From Mobula hypostoma (lineage: Eukaryota), in contig NC_086118.1 in NCBI RefSeq assembly GCF_963921235.1, positions 12,774,001 to 12,838,000 of the forward strand: DNA of 64,000 nucleotides, in the 5' to 3' direction. Positions 1 to 13,279 of the stretch are shown piece by piece. The position numbers and the translations under genes were made by a program. Numbering within the stretch: position 1 is the first letter of the stretch; every line of letters starts with the position of its first letter. The notes under the pieces were generated by a model that saw only the letters and a program-made list of their open reading frames with translations, was not told where the DNA came from and did not search any database.

Positions 1-170
1 CATCATCTTATACACCTCTATCAGTTCACCTCTCATGCTCCATTGCTCCAAGGAGTAAAAGCCAAGTTCATTCAACCCATTCTCATCAGGCATGCTCTCC
101 AACCCAGGCAACATCCTTGTAAATCACCTCTGCACTCTGTCTATAGTATCCACTTCCTTCCTGTAATGAG
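1..170 (-). mobile_element. CR1 LINE ORF2 3' fragment
   Basis: Reverse strand matches the RLRGDLIEVYKIM region seen in other CR1 copies in this window. Confidence 0.75.
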
Positions 171-951
171 GTGACTCGGTCTGCCGTTCACATGGCAGAG
201 ATGATACTCAAGGAGCTGGTCACAAAACGAGATGATATCAAACTCTTTACTAGCAGCAAGGTTTTGTTTAGTTACAATATTTAATGAAACAAGGGATCCT
301 ATCCTTATGTAGATAATAGGATGCAATTTATCAGTCAATCAACTCAGAAGAGCCAATGGAAATTTGCTCCTGCTGATCTCAACCTGGCTAATCAAGCCAC
401 AAGAGTGCTCAAAGCTAATCAGTTCACTGTCTCCTTCTGCTTAACTGGCCCAGCATTTTGTTGCTGATTCTCAGCAGGAATTTAGTCAGCAGGAAGCTTT
501 AGACTTAGCTGACCCTGAGGCAGAAGCAGAAATATGTCCGCAAGTGTCAACAAACAGCATCATTTATCACCGCTCCAACTTGGCAGTGCATGCATTGAGT
601 GTTTTCAAGCTCGAAGTCGCTCTCCAGAGCATTTGCTTGGCTCACACATATTGCTCATTCCTTTACAGGAGAGGCCAAAGACAACCTTTGCAATGGTTGA
701 CCAATTTGTAAGCAGCCTCTCAGCACAGATTAACTGAATCGGACAACGATCTGAATCCTTCTTGTGTTTAAAGACAGGTTTATGTGGAAAAATTATCATG
801 CATCCAAAGCAGTCATCACGCCCAAAATAAAGTCCCCTTAGTAAACCCTGTCCCTTTCTTGACTCTGAGGGGCGAATGGAGTTGGGGGACATATTAAGAA
901 GTCACATCTCACTTCACAGGAATCCCACCCAGTCGCCGTTCTAAGTAAGCA

Positions 952-1397
952 TCATAGAAACATAGAAACTTAGAAAATAGGTGCAGGAGTAGGCCATTTG
1001 GCCCTTCAAGCCTGCACCACCATTTATTATGATCATGGCTGATCATCCAACTCAGAACCCCGCCCCAGCCTTCCCTCCATACCCCCTGACCCCCGTAGCC
1101 ACAAGGGCTATATCTAACTCCCTCTTAAATATAGCCAATGAACTGGCCTCAACTGTTTCCTGTGGTAGAGAATTCCACAGATTCACCACTCTCTGTGTGA
1201 AGAAGTTTTTCCTAATCTCGGTCCTAAAAGGCTTCCCCTCTATCCTCAAACTGTGGCCCCTCGTTCTGGACTTCCCCAACATCGGGAACAATCTTCCTGC
1301 ATCTAGCCTGTCCAATCCCTTTAGGATCTTATACGTTTCAATCAGATCCCCCCTCAATCTTCTAAATTCCAACGAGTACAAGCCCAGTTCATCCAGT
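952..1397 (-). mobile_element. CR1 LINE 3' end
   Basis: ORF 1052-1450 has LGLYSLEFRRLRGDLIETYKILKG...NFFTQRVVNLWNSLP; (TTCTATGT)n-type tail at ~952-975. Confidence 0.92.
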
Positions 1398-2037
1398 ATC
1401 ATATCACCTCTCTGCTCATCAGACATTACCACATGCAAGTATGTCATCATCGCTGGGATTTTTAAAGTGAGAACAGTTGAAGACTATGCAGGAAGGCTGT
1501 TTTCAAGACCATTCTCTGAGTCTATCCTTCCTTCACCAAAGACCTAGGGAAATGATCATTCAAGCTTTAGTTTTAGTAATTAAGTTTGGCATCCTGTGAA
1601 TGCCAGGTGTGGAATATTCTGGCCTCTAGCAGCACAGTTCACTTTGTATGAACATCACTTTCCATACATAAACCGTGTTTTTATAACATTTCCTGCTCAG
1701 GTTAGTTTTGATTTGATCTGAAGAATACAGTGGAAAGATATTCATCTTAATCCACTCCTTATTTACCCTTGAAACAGCAATATATTTTCACAAGTAAAAA
1801 GATCTCATTAAAAAGTCTGAAGGAAGCTTCTATCTCAGGTGATTTTTAAGAAGTTGATTAGCTCTCTGCATGGTTATGTTCATACGCACAGTGAAGGCAA
1901 TAGAGAGTCCATAGAATTGAGGTTGGTTCCCCTGATACGCTGACTTATGTTCACAAATCTGTGCAATTTCTTGCAGCACAGTTACCATACCAAATTAGTT
2001 AGGTAGATAATGTGATTTCTATGGTGCATTGCTAAAA

Positions 2038-2195
2038 AGAGACTGTTAGATAGGTACATGGAGTTTAGAAAAGTAGAGGGTTATGCATTAGGGAAATTCT
2101 AGGCAGTTTCTAGAGTAGGTTACATGGTCAGCACAACATTATGGGCCGAAGGGCCTGTAATGTTTTGTAGATTTTCTATGTTCTATGTTCTATGG
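2038..2195 (+). mobile_element. CR1 LINE 3' UTR/tail fragment
   Basis: gggccgaagggcctgta stem and ttctatgttctatgttctat tail. Confidence 0.8.
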
Positions 2196-2211
2196 TAAGG
2201 GTTGATGGGGA

Positions 2212-2550
2212 CATAGAAACATAGAAAACCTACAGCACAATACAGGCCCTTTGGCCCACAATGCTGTGCCGAACATGTACTTACTTTAGAAATACCTAGG
2301 GTTACACATAATCCTTTGTTTTTCTAAGCTCCACGTACATATCGAAGACACTCTTAAAAGACCCTATTGTATCTGCCTCCACCACTGTCACTGCCAGCCC
2401 ATTACATGCATTTACCACTCTCTGCGTAAAAATCTCACCCCTGGCATCTCCTCTGTACCTACTTACAAGCACTTTAAAACTGTGCCCTCTCATGTTATCC
2501 ATTTTAGCCCTAGGGAAATGACTATCCACGTGATCAATGCCTCTCATCAC
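2212..2550 (-). mobile_element. CR1 LINE 3' end
   Basis: ORF 2302-2556 RGHSFKV...FTQRVVNACNGL; catagaaacatagaaa tail. Confidence 0.85.
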
Positions 2551-2559
2551 CTGCAAAAC

Positions 2560-3320
2560 TTCTTTAGCCTCCTGAGGATGTAGATGAGTTAGTGAGCTCT
2601 AATTCAACCAGGACAGGCTGGTAGTGATGTTTAATCCAAGAGAAGCTCTGAATCCTTTCAACCTCAGCATTGTATGATGTAGACAGGAGCATGAGCAACA
2701 CTCCTTTTTGTGAAGTCGATGGCCCACTCTTAGGTTTGGTGATATTAAGGGAAAGTTTGTTGCCATGACACAATGCTGCTAAACTCTCTGTCTCCTTCCT
2801 GTATTCCAACCAATCATTATCAGAGATACGCCTACTTCAGTGTATCACTTACAAACTTGTAGATGGACCTAGAGCAGAATATGTCCATGCAGTCAATAGT
2901 GTACAAGGACCCAATCTTGTGGGGCACTCGTGTTTGGAATAACCATGATATAGGTGTTGCTGCCTATCTTTACTGATTGCAGTCTCTTGGTCAGGAAGTC
3001 AGGGATTAATTTGCAGAGAGCAGTGTTGACTCTCAAGTCCCGAAGTTTGGCGCTGAGATTTCTTGGATTTATAGCATAGAATCCAGCGCTATAGTCAATA
3101 AACAACAGCCTGATATAGGTGCTTTTACTGTCCAGATGCTCTAGTGATAAGTGTAGAGCCAGGAGGATGTTATCATTGTAAACTGGCTTCATCAGTAAGT
3201 GAATTGCAGTGCGCCAAGCCTGTTTGGAAGGCTGGAGTTAATTTGTGCCATGACCAGCCTCTTGAAGAACTTCAGAGATGCTGTGCAGTAGTCAATGAGG
3301 CATGCAATCTTCTTTTCCTT
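2560..3320 (-). mobile_element. Rex1/Babar-type LINE RT fragment, degenerate
   Basis: ORFs 2893-3192 (LHLSLEHLDSKSTYIRLLFIDYS...TSAPQ) and 2564-2809 (LSLNITK). Confidence 0.8.
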
Positions 3321-5053
3321 TTACTGTGTTAGAATTGCTCTGTACAATGTAACTTTGATAATGTGCTATCTGGTTAATCATTCATCCAATGCATTGGTGT
3401 CTAGTTCATTAAGACCCTATTTCCAACACTGACTTTAAACTCACAGGGAATGTTTTTTGTTCCTTATTTTAAGATAAGCTTTATTCATAATAAAATATTT
3501 AAATGAAAGCAGAATGCCAATTTTTTCCATCCTTGGTGTCATTTGGTCAGGAGATTCCATAGTGTTACAATTTTTTTGTTTAACCATACTAGCATTGCCA
3601 CGATGTAATTCCCCCTTCCAGTGTTTGAATGGCTTCCCCACCCAGCTCATCCCCTCAATGTCCAGCAGTGGAAGAATTGTAGACCATTGTCCATCCCCTC
3701 AGAGCCGTGGCAGTGGCTGCATCAGGCTTCTATGCATTGCTCATCACATAATCATGCAGCCTGGAATAGTGACTTAGGTGAGTGAAAAACTCAGAGGTGT
3801 TGGGTAGAAGGCATAGGTAAGAATAGGTAAGCTTTCTAATTGTCTGTAGACCCTTAGTCCTAGTTTAGTGTAGGTAGAAAAGTTAAGGCAGAGGAATGCT
3901 CCTCCTGTGAGATGTGGGATTTTAGGTCCTAATAGTCTCCCTGATGACGAGATTTGCAGGAAGTGTGCCCAGCTTCAGTTCCTGACTGACAAGATCAAGT
4001 AACTGGAGCTGGAGCTGGATGTACTCAGGATCATCTGGGAGGCTAAAAACCTCATAGAGGAGACTTTTACTGGCGTGGCCGCACTCAGAGTGCAGGCTTC
4101 AGGTAATAGATGAGTGACCACCGGGAGAATTAAATGGAGTAAGAAATCAGTGCAGTGTTCCCCTGAGACGATCCCTCTCAACAGCAAGTATATCGCTTTG
4201 GATGCTGCTGGGAGGATGACCAGCAGAGGTAGCCAAGCCAGTGGCACTGTGGCTGGCTCTGAGACCCAGCAGGGAGGGATAAAGTCAGGCAGAGCAATAG
4301 TGATAAGTGTCTCGATAGTTAGGGAACAGAAAGAGACACCAGGATGGTGTATTGCATCTCAAGTGCTAGTGTCCAGGATGTCTTGGAGCACTGCAAAATA
4401 TTTTCAAGAGGGAGGGTGAGCAGCCAGAGGTCATGCTGCACATTGGCACCAATGACATATGTAGAAATGAGGAGTTGGCCATCAACAGAGATACAGGGAG
4501 TTGGAAAAGAGGCTACAGAACAGGACATCCAAGGTGGTAATCTCCGGATTATTCCTGATGCCACGCACTAGTCAGGGCAGGAATAAGATGATAGTACAGA
4601 TGAATGAGTGACTGAGGAAATGGGAACCTCCTCTGTAGCAGTGTGACTTGTATAAGAGGGACAGTTTGCACCTAAACTGGAGAGGAACCAATATCCTGAC
4701 TAGGAGGTTTGCTCGTACTGCTTGGGAGAGTTTAAACTAGCTTTACAGGGGGATGGGAACCAGAGAACCTGGTCAGAAAACAGAAGGATGGAGAGGAAGT
4801 AGATGTCAGAGCCAGTGAAACCAGGCAGAAGTAAAGTAATAGATGAAATAGAATGGATAGTTTGACGTATGTGTCTTTTAATGCAAGGTATATATGGGTA
4901 AATGTGATGAACTTGAATCTATGGTGTTTTGGCCACTGCAGAGATTTGGTTGAGAGAGGGACAGGAATGAGTGCTTAATATCCCAGAATTTTGATGTTTT
5001 AGAGAAGATAAAGAGGGAGTAAAAAAGGTAGAGAAGTTGCTCTATTAATCAGG

Positions 5054-6368
5054 AGATGGCTGGGGCTGCCAAAGAGCCTGAGCAGCATCGCACTCTATGG
5101 ACACCACAACAAACTGCAACTGCCCTTCAAATCCTTGGAGGAAGAATTCAAGGTAACAAGAGCCAGAGAAGTGCTACAGTATGGGGACTCAAGTGACCCG
5201 AAGGTGGCTAGAGCAGGGATCCAAGTAAGTACTGGCAGGAAGTGGAGGGCAGAGGAAGCTATTCAGGAGGCAGAGGCGAGGCTGCATCATAGGAGGCTAG
5301 TGGGAATGGTCACACGAGGCCGAGCTGGGCTAGGATCCTTTCCAACTCCCCAAATGGACACCAGAGGGAAGGAAAGGAGTAGTATAGTTCAGGAGGAGGT
5401 GAGAGCAGTAGTGGAGGAGATGACAGCCTGCAAGGCAGTGGGAATGAAGCAACAGGGAGCTTGGACAAGATGGAAGAATGCGGTTGAGAGGAAAGTGACC
5501 TGGGCTGATCTTTGGAAAGCCGAACCATACCGCATCCAATTTCTCATTCAGGCAGTGTATGATGTGCTTCCAAGCCCATCAAACCTGCCCACATGGGGCA
5601 AGGCAGAGTCATCTGCATGCCCACTGTGCTCCAAGTGAGGAAGCCTGGATCACATCCTCAGCGGCTGTGCAAGGGCACTTGGTGAGGGACGGTACAGGTG
5701 GAGGCATGATCAGGTCCTGAAGACCATCGCTGAAGCCGTCAGCGCAGGAGTTGAGTGGGCGAAGCGGTCCCGACCCTCCAAGCAGACCATTGCCTTTGTC
5801 AGAGCTGGGGAGCAGCCAATACCTGCCAAAAGAACATCTGCAGGCATTCTGACCTCTGCAAGGGACTGGCAGCTGTTGGTGGACCTCAAAGGGCAGCTGA
5901 AGCTCCTCAACCATTTCACAGCCACCACCCTGCGACCAGACAGTCCCATGGGAAGATAGCTTGGAAGAGGCCTTTGAAAGGAAGCTCTCCAAGTACACAG
6001 GACTGGTCAGCAACTGTCAGCAGGCTGGATGGAGAGCAAGGTGTCTCCCAGTGGAAGTTGGTTGTAGGGGATTCGTAGCTCATTCTTTAGTTAGAGCCTT
6101 CAGCATTTTGGGCATCGAGGGAGAGAGGAAGAAGAGAGCCATCCGCAGTACCACCGATGCGGCAGAGAGGGCCTCAAGATGGCTGTGGCTCAAAAGAGGG
6201 GAGCCATGGAGTCATAAGTAGCTAGCCATCTGGACACAAGCTGGGGTCTGATCAGCCCCGGCTGGGTCACCTGGAGGAGGTTGTATGATGTTCAAAGACC
6301 CGAAACACCCGATGATTCCAGGAACATCACTGAAGATGTGTCCAGAAGCATCAATAGATGTATGCACA
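5054..6368 (+). mobile_element. HERO-clade non-LTR retrotransposon (restriction-like endonuclease), 5'-truncated
   Basis: ORFs 5135-5638 and 5961-6221: TGRKWRA, GRAGLG, YDVLPSPSNL, CPLC...HILSGC, RYRWRHDQVL, TLRPD, VPWE, PVEVGCRGF. The host CR1 joins across it with CAGG on both sides. Confidence 0.88.
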
Positions 6369-7577
6369 CAGGGACAGTGTCACAGATCCACTCAGAGGGG
6401 ACATAATGCAGAGCTTACCCACTGAGCTTAAATGGGTAAAACTCAAAAATAGGAAGGGTGCAATCACTACAGACCCCTCAGTAGCCACCGGAACATTGAG
6501 AAACAGATGTACAGGCTGATTAAGAAAGGGTGTAAAAACCTAGGAATTATGGTCATTGGGGACTTCAACATCCCTAATATAAACTGGACATCCTACGTGC
6601 AAGTGGATTACATGGGGCAGAAATTGTTTGGTGCATTCAGGAAGGTTTCTTAAACCAATATGTAGATAGTCCAACAAGAGGAAGAGCTGCACTGGATCTG
6701 TTGTTGGGTTATGAGCCTGGCCAGGTAACTGACATTTCAGGTATGTGGGTGAGCAGCTGGGGAACAGTGACAACAACTTTTAAGGTTTTAAGATAGCTAT
6801 AGATAAGGTTAAATATGGACCTTATGGGAGAGTATTAGATTGGACTAGAGCAAATAATAAGAGCATTAGGCAGGAACTAGGGAGAGGTAATAAGGAACTG
6901 CTGTTTTTGGGCAAGTCCAACTGCACAGAGTACAGGAGAAGAAAGGACATGGATCACAAGGTAAGAGGAAATTAGAGGTCAAGGAAGGTAATGAATTTAG
7001 TCAAGAAAGAAAAGGAAAAGCATGTAGAGCTAATGAAGCTTCAAACAGAATCAAACAGAGTCCTTCAGGATCATAAAGAAGCTAGAAAAGAACTCAAGAA
7101 GGGAATTAGGAAAGCCAGGAGGTGCCATAAAAAGTCATTGGCAAGTAGGATTAAAGAGGCATTCTATACATAGAGTACATCAGGAGCAAGAGGATGACTA
7201 GGCAGAGGATGGGAGCACTCAATGATAAAGGGAAAGCATTTGCGTGGATGCAATGGATGTGTGTTGGGTCCTTAGTGAGTACTTCACATTAGCATTTACC
7301 AAGAATTATAAGGAGGATAGAGAGATCAATGTCGAGAGAATTAATATGCTAAGGCATCTCAAAGTAAAGGAGGAGGTGTGTTGGGCCACTTAAAGAGCAT
7401 TAAGATGGATAAGACTCCAGAATCTGATGGGTTATACCCCAGATTCTTAAGCGAGACAAGAAAAGAGATTGCTGGGGCTTTGACCAATATCTTCATATCC
7501 TCTCATAGCTTAGGTCCTGATGAGTAGCAAATGCTGTTCTATTATTTAGGAAAGAAACCAGGGATAATCCTGTAAAC

Positions 7578-7811
7578 GCAAACACAAGGAATTCTGCAGA
7601 AGCTGGAAATTCAAGCAACACACATCAAAGTTGCTGGTGAACGCAGCAGGCCAGGAAGCATCTCTAGGAGGAGGTACAGTCGACGTTTCAGGCCGAGACC
7701 CTTCATCAGGACCCTCCTGACAAAGGGGCCTGAAACGTCAATTGTACCTCTTCCTACAGATGCTGCCTGGCCTGCTGCGTTCACCAGCAACTTTGAAGTG
7801 TGTTGCTTGAA
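7578..7811. mobile_element. Palindromic non-autonomous Penelope-derived element
   Basis: About 85-bp inverted arms (~7610-7694 / ~7727-7811); 12-bp TSD AATCCTGTAAAC at 7566-7577 and 7812-7823; same sequence as the Penelope termini at ~21380 and ~23410. Confidence 0.88.
7678..7712 (-). ncRNA. Minimal type I hammerhead ribozyme motif (Penelope-associated)
   Basis: Minus strand GTC-CTGATGA-AGGGTCTCGGCCT-GAAACGTC-GAC: intact CUGANGA and GAAA boxes, AGG/CCT stem II, palindromic ACGT stem III, GUC site. Confidence 0.75.
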
Positions 7812-9109
7812 AATCCTGTAAACTATAGACCAGTGTATCTCATGTCAGAGGTAAGGAAGTTACTGGGGAAACTTCTCAGGCAAAGGACCTATGAACATTA
7901 GGTAAATAACAGCATGATTTTCTGCCGGTCTTACTAACTTGATTGAGTTTTTGGATGAGATGATGAGGGTGATTGATGAAGGTAGAGCTGTGGATGTTGT
8001 TCACATGGATTTTAGTAAGGTGTTTGAAAGGTCCCTCATGTGAGGCTCATCCAGAATATTAAGATGCATAGGATGAATGGTGAATTGGCTATATGAATTC
8101 AGAACTGGCTTGCCCATAGAAGGCAGAGGGTAGTATTCAAAGGGAATTATTCCAGCTAGAGGTTTGTGATTAGTGATCTTTCAGATGGATCTGTATTGGT
8201 ACATCTGCTACTTGTGATGTATATAAATGACCTGGAAATGTAGGTGGATGGGTAGTACATTTGCAGATGATACAAAGATTGGATAACATAGAGACAGGCA
8301 AAGAACTAAAAGGGATACAGATCTGTTGCAGACATAGACAGAGAAATGGCAGATGAAGTCTAATCTGGCCAAACGTGAAGAGTTGCACCTTGGCAGGTCA
8401 AATGTAAAAAGACAGTACACTGTAAAGGACAAGACCGTTAATAGTGTGGATGAGCAGAGGCATCTTGGGGTCCAATTTCATTGCCTGCTACCTGAAAATG
8501 GCAATGCAGGTTGATAGGCTGATTAAAAATATGACATGCTTGCCTTTAATAGTTGAGGCTCTGAGTTCAAATATCAGGAAATTATGTTGCAGCTTTATAA
8601 GACTCTGGCTAGGCTGCATCTGGAGTATTAGTGTACAATTCTGGTTGCCCAGAGAGGGTGCAGAAGAGGCTTACCTGGATTAGAGGGCTGTAACGACAGA
8701 TTGAACAAACTTGTGTTGTTTTCTCTGGAGTGGCAGAGGATGAGAGGAAACCTGATAGAGGTTTATAAGATTATGAGAGGCATTGATAGAGTAAGCAGAC
8801 AGTATTCTTCCCAAGGTTGAAATTTCTCATACCAGAGAGTATGAATTTAAAGTGAGAGGGGTAATATCAAAGGAGGTGTGAAGAGCAAGTTTTTTTTTAA
8901 CACAGAGAGTGGTGGGTGACTGAAATGCACTGTCTGAGGTGGTGGCAGAGGCAGACACATTAGGGACAATTAAGGGACATTTTGACGGACACCTGGATAT
9001 GAGGAAAATGGTAGGATATGGTCATTGTGTAGGCAGAGGAAATTGGTTTAGCAAACTATTTAATTACTAATTTAATTGGTTCTTCAGCTGTACTGTTCTA
9101 CATTCTTTG

Positions 9110-9500
9110 CCTGTCAGCAGTATTCCCTCATAGACATCTTGCTGTGTTGGAAGACCAGTAAGTGATCTTTCACAATGGATGACATTCCAGCAACACTAGG
9201 CATCTGCTTCTATGTGTGTCCCTGGGAACAGCTGGTAGATCAGAGAGCCCTCTGTCATGCAACTGTTGAGGATGAACTGAGATAAGGGTCCTTGCATCTT
9301 CCTTCACTACCCCTTTGCAAATCTACAGTTCATAAAGAGGTGGGTGACTCTCTTTGCCCTATTGCAGTTATACCAAGGACTCTGTGCATTGTGGATTATA
9401 TTTGATTTTTAAAATTTCAAAACTGAATTTTATTTATAATAAAAATATGTACAAAAGCATAAGATCAGTGCAAAACATTTTCATTCACCATCAATACATA
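9110..9500 (-). mobile_element. L1/Tx1-like LINE 3' remnants
   Basis: Minus-strand VKD...LLVFQHSKMSMREYC-like peptide, plus an A-rich 3' UTR-like block at ~9420-9500. Confidence 0.5.
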
Positions 9501-9779
9501 CAGTAGTGTTACTTGTGATACATATTTGCTGTCCAAGGAGCCTTTTTTTGCCAAGTTCAGCTTTCTATGTAGAGTATATGACACTTGCAAAGATTGAAGT
9601 GTTGTATTTGAATAAGTTAAACCTTCAACCAATATACTCTGTTTAGCTACTTGTTGTAAGCGGGGACCAATCTTCAGTTCTTAATGTAAATTGCATGCAG
9701 TAGTCAGTTTGAAGTTAAAAATGCAGCTTTGCATTCAAGCACTGTCTATAGAGCCACAGACCCCCTGACCCCACAGCAA

Positions 9780-10500
9780 CTGGTCTAACTGCTGAAGAGG
9801 TATGGTATAAGACAATGGGTTACTTAATTTAGCTTGTTTCAAATAGACAATATAGGCTAAGTTGTTTAGCTCAAGGAATTTTGAAGACTAGATTGATATT
9901 ATCACTTAGCAAATCAACAGCTTATTTATTAATATTTGAAAGTTTGTGTACTCATGGAGTCAGTAACCATAGCATTAACTGGAATCTCTGTCCCCAGAAG
10001 CTTTTAGACCGTTTATGTTAAAAGGTACTTGAAAATATATCACACATGTGTGATGTCACGTAGTCACATCAGTGGCAAAAAGGCAATATAGAGAGCAGTT
10101 CAGGCTTTTTAGGAATGGGGCAAAGAATATGAAGAAGAATGACAGAAACATGGGGTGAACTAGAATCCATTCTTCTACCTCCAATTCCTGTGATGAACAA
10201 GGGTTCACCTGCGGCTCATGGGAATTTTTAGCTTATAGGAATTGTACCTGTCTTTTGGAAATCCTTCCAGTTTTAGAAATGGTTTGTAACTTGGAAGATT
10301 TTTATAAGATAAAAATCCTCTGTCAGCTTTAATTGTGTTTTAACAATGTTTGAATTCAAATGTGTATTACTGAAAATAAATGAACATGTTAAAACTACTT
10401 TGTTTGCTGGAAGCATCTCCGCTTCAGCAGGGAGGGGGGACCCACTGCTCAATTAGTGGGGTATTAGCAGCTAAGTTCAACATGAAGGATAAACAGGGAA
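9780..10500 (+). repeat. Unclassified dispersed repeat (solo-LTR-like), copy 1
   Basis: Colinear similarity to 49560-50250 (catggggtgaactaga, ataggaattgtacctgt, ctgaaaataaa, ggggacccac). Confidence 0.75.
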
Positions 10501-10509
10501 ATGAACTAG

Positions 10510-10922
10510 TCGGTCATCCAAGAGAACCATAACCTCGCTGTAGTTTAGAGGCTGGCGTGCTTCAGTGACCCGGAGCTACCTTGACTGGAGTCGGGCTTTA
10601 CACTTTGACTCTGGGTAGGGTCAGCCATGCAGAAAAGGTCAGAGTTTAGAGGCCAGATTAAGGGTGGCCTACAAACCCTGCAGGTTCAGTGGTTCAATTC
10701 AAAGCTAACAATCCTGATTGGTAAAACAAAATTGTTAGGGGAACAGCAATGAAGTATCCTTCTACATATACAGTATGTGCAATGGTATTCCTGAGTCCCC
10801 ACCTGCATGAACTTGCATGACTGATTAGTGAAAACTGAGCTACAAAGCCCTCAACACTGCCAGGGAAGGAGGGCCTTCATTCCTGCACTATAAACCAGTG
10901 GCTTAATGGACAGTAAGTAAGA
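10510..10922 (+). mobile_element. RTE-derived non-autonomous element
   Basis: RTE-like 5' UTR block followed by a 3' end with a (TAAG)n tail; recognised by family resemblance only. Confidence 0.5.
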
Positions 10923-13279
10923 ACTAGTCTTTAAAGATTGGGAGTTACAGTATAACCTCCCTTTCGTATGGGTACCTGCAACTATCTATATTGGATAGGG
11001 CTCAAGGTTTCCCATTTGAGTTCAAAACTTTATTCTTAGCAAACCCAATGCCATCACATACTGTAACTTATATATCACCATGGTCACTCATGGGCTCCCT
11101 GGGGTGAAATACTATTTCAAAGTTTGAGCAGCCTCCCACCTTAATTACTTCCTCCACATGTGAAAGCAGCAAGTGCTTAAACAGTGGGTCTTCCCCACAG
11201 AGACTCTGTACTGGCTGCAGCAAACTTCAGTGCATCCCTCAGCATGTACTCCTGCAGCCTTTAACGAGCCAGTAAGCAGCATTCCCTTGCAGACATATCG
11301 CTGTACTGGAACTCCAACAACTTTCAGACAGACCATGTCAATCTGACCAAAGTGATATTTTGACTGTACAGGAAGGATCTGGCCGGAAGGGCCCTTCTCA
11401 TCAGCAGCTAGGTGAGGTTTTCAGAATGCTGTTTTCACACCTGTCTTTAAACTCATACCATACCCTCTTTCCTATTTTCTCTATAAACTCAGTGGATTCA
11501 CTGGAAAAATTATGCATTTATTATACCATTGGATGACATCTAAAAAAAAGAACTAAAATTGTGCTGGGTTGTTAAGAGAGGTAATGTCTGATTGTCTGGA
11601 AAATCTGCCAGTCCAGCACCATAAATTCCTGAGGTGCTGGATTATAAGAGGTTTACTGTGCACGTGTATCGCTTTCGTTATACTGGTGATAGCATGCCTG
11701 AGCTCAACTAGCGTGCATTCATTCTGTGGAGTATTAACATATAAACAGCAGAACACAGCACAGTACTCAGTCAGTGCTGTGAGCTAGCAGAGTATTATGT
11801 CATATACAGTGATGCTTTCTTTACCTCAAAAAAGTGACTTATAATTAACAACTCTTTCTGAGTCAGTTTAAAGCAATTTGCAATTGAAGTGGGAGCTGAA
11901 ACAAATCTGTTACCATTGTTAGTTCTCTGATTAAAATAGTGCAGCAGTGGTCTAATTAAATGTTCTGAATGAGGTGTTGAATCTTGACTGGCTTGATTTA
12001 TCCTTGCTCTTTAATTTCACTGATGTAATTTATGCTTTTTCCTCTGTGTTGAGTATGAAAATAGAAACATATGTCATTTGAAGATAATAAAGCTTTTGAT
12101 TTTAATTTAAATTCATCATAGTTATACCCGTTTAATTGGACTGTTAAATAAACTTTCAACAGCACGTTTCAATTTCCTGATTAGGAAGGAAATATAGGTG
12201 GAGGAGCAGTGTATATGCTCAGAAACTTATATTACATAAAAATGTGCAAATATTTAATATTTATATTATTGTTGGTGCATTTTTTGCTCAACTTTCAATT
12301 ATAGTTTTTTTGGAATAAATTTAGCACCATATGTTACAAAAGTGAACCTTTACAATGACTCACATCAGGAATCACTACCATCCTGATGAGTCCTCACTGC
12401 ATCATAATTAGCTATTGTGGGAAACAATAGTTTTTTAATTACTGCCTTTTAAAAACTAGGTTGAAATAATTTAAGCCAGTAGTGATGATTGTATTAATCA
12501 TGGAGATAAGTGTAGGTCACAGATGTGAAGCCCACTGTAGCTTTCCATCCCTTTTCATTCAATTTAATTTAAAAATGTACACAGCTCAGATTGGAGGAGA
12601 AATTGGCCTGTGTTCCACCTGTTTTTCTTGGAATCTCTTTACCATCCCAACACTAGCATGACAGTAAACGCACAGGATACCTGTTAACAGAAACAGTTTA
12701 CACCCATCAACCATGAGCAGAACACGTACACTATGACCTCAATCCACATGCATTACGCTTTGCAGTCAGAGCTGCTATTTTTTGACTTCTTATTCCAGCC
12801 TTCACCATTATCTTAATCTGGCGATGAATTACGTCTTCTGTGAGTTACTTCTATTGTGCACATTTTAGAGCTTTTCTATACATAGATAGTTTGTGATTAG
12901 CTTGCAACATATTATCCATATCTTTCTGAGGTAGACTTTATGGATTTGATAGATTGTACTAAAACAAGGTGCTTTCAGATAAGCATGAACAAGCATAGCT
13001 CAGAAAGGCTTTCTCTCAGATTTGAGAATGGGGAGGAAATAGCTAATTGAAGGGGAAAAAATCCTCTGAGACAGAAGGAATAATTCTCAATGATCTCCAG
13101 AAAGCAATCTTAGTCTTCAGTGTTAGCCAATACATGAGACATCTTTGCTTCACTAAAGGGACCATGGCTATAAGCTGATGAAAATAATAATATATTATTT
13201 AAATAATATCATGCAGTTATGAACAACAGTTACTATCAGGCCCTTGGAGAAAAGGGGATAACTACACTCTTGTCCCATC

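Larger units (their letters stand above)
3870..9100 (+). mobile_element. Near full-length degenerate CR1 LINE (ORF1 and ORF2), interrupted by HERO and Penelope-derived insertions
   Basis: ORF1 remnants (C-rich finger, ELELELD zipper, esterase-like VVISGL); ORF2 remnants (GDFNIP, LDLLLG, DFSK, FADDTKI, FLTQRVV); many stops and frameshifts. Confidence 0.85.

Noticed and set aside
605..892. 95-aa ORF in unique sequence
   Set aside because: No recognisable domain or exon structure; length is compatible with chance.
12380..12430. Hammerhead-like CTGATGA...GAAAC
   Set aside because: No credible stem II pairing and no correctly placed cleavage triplet.
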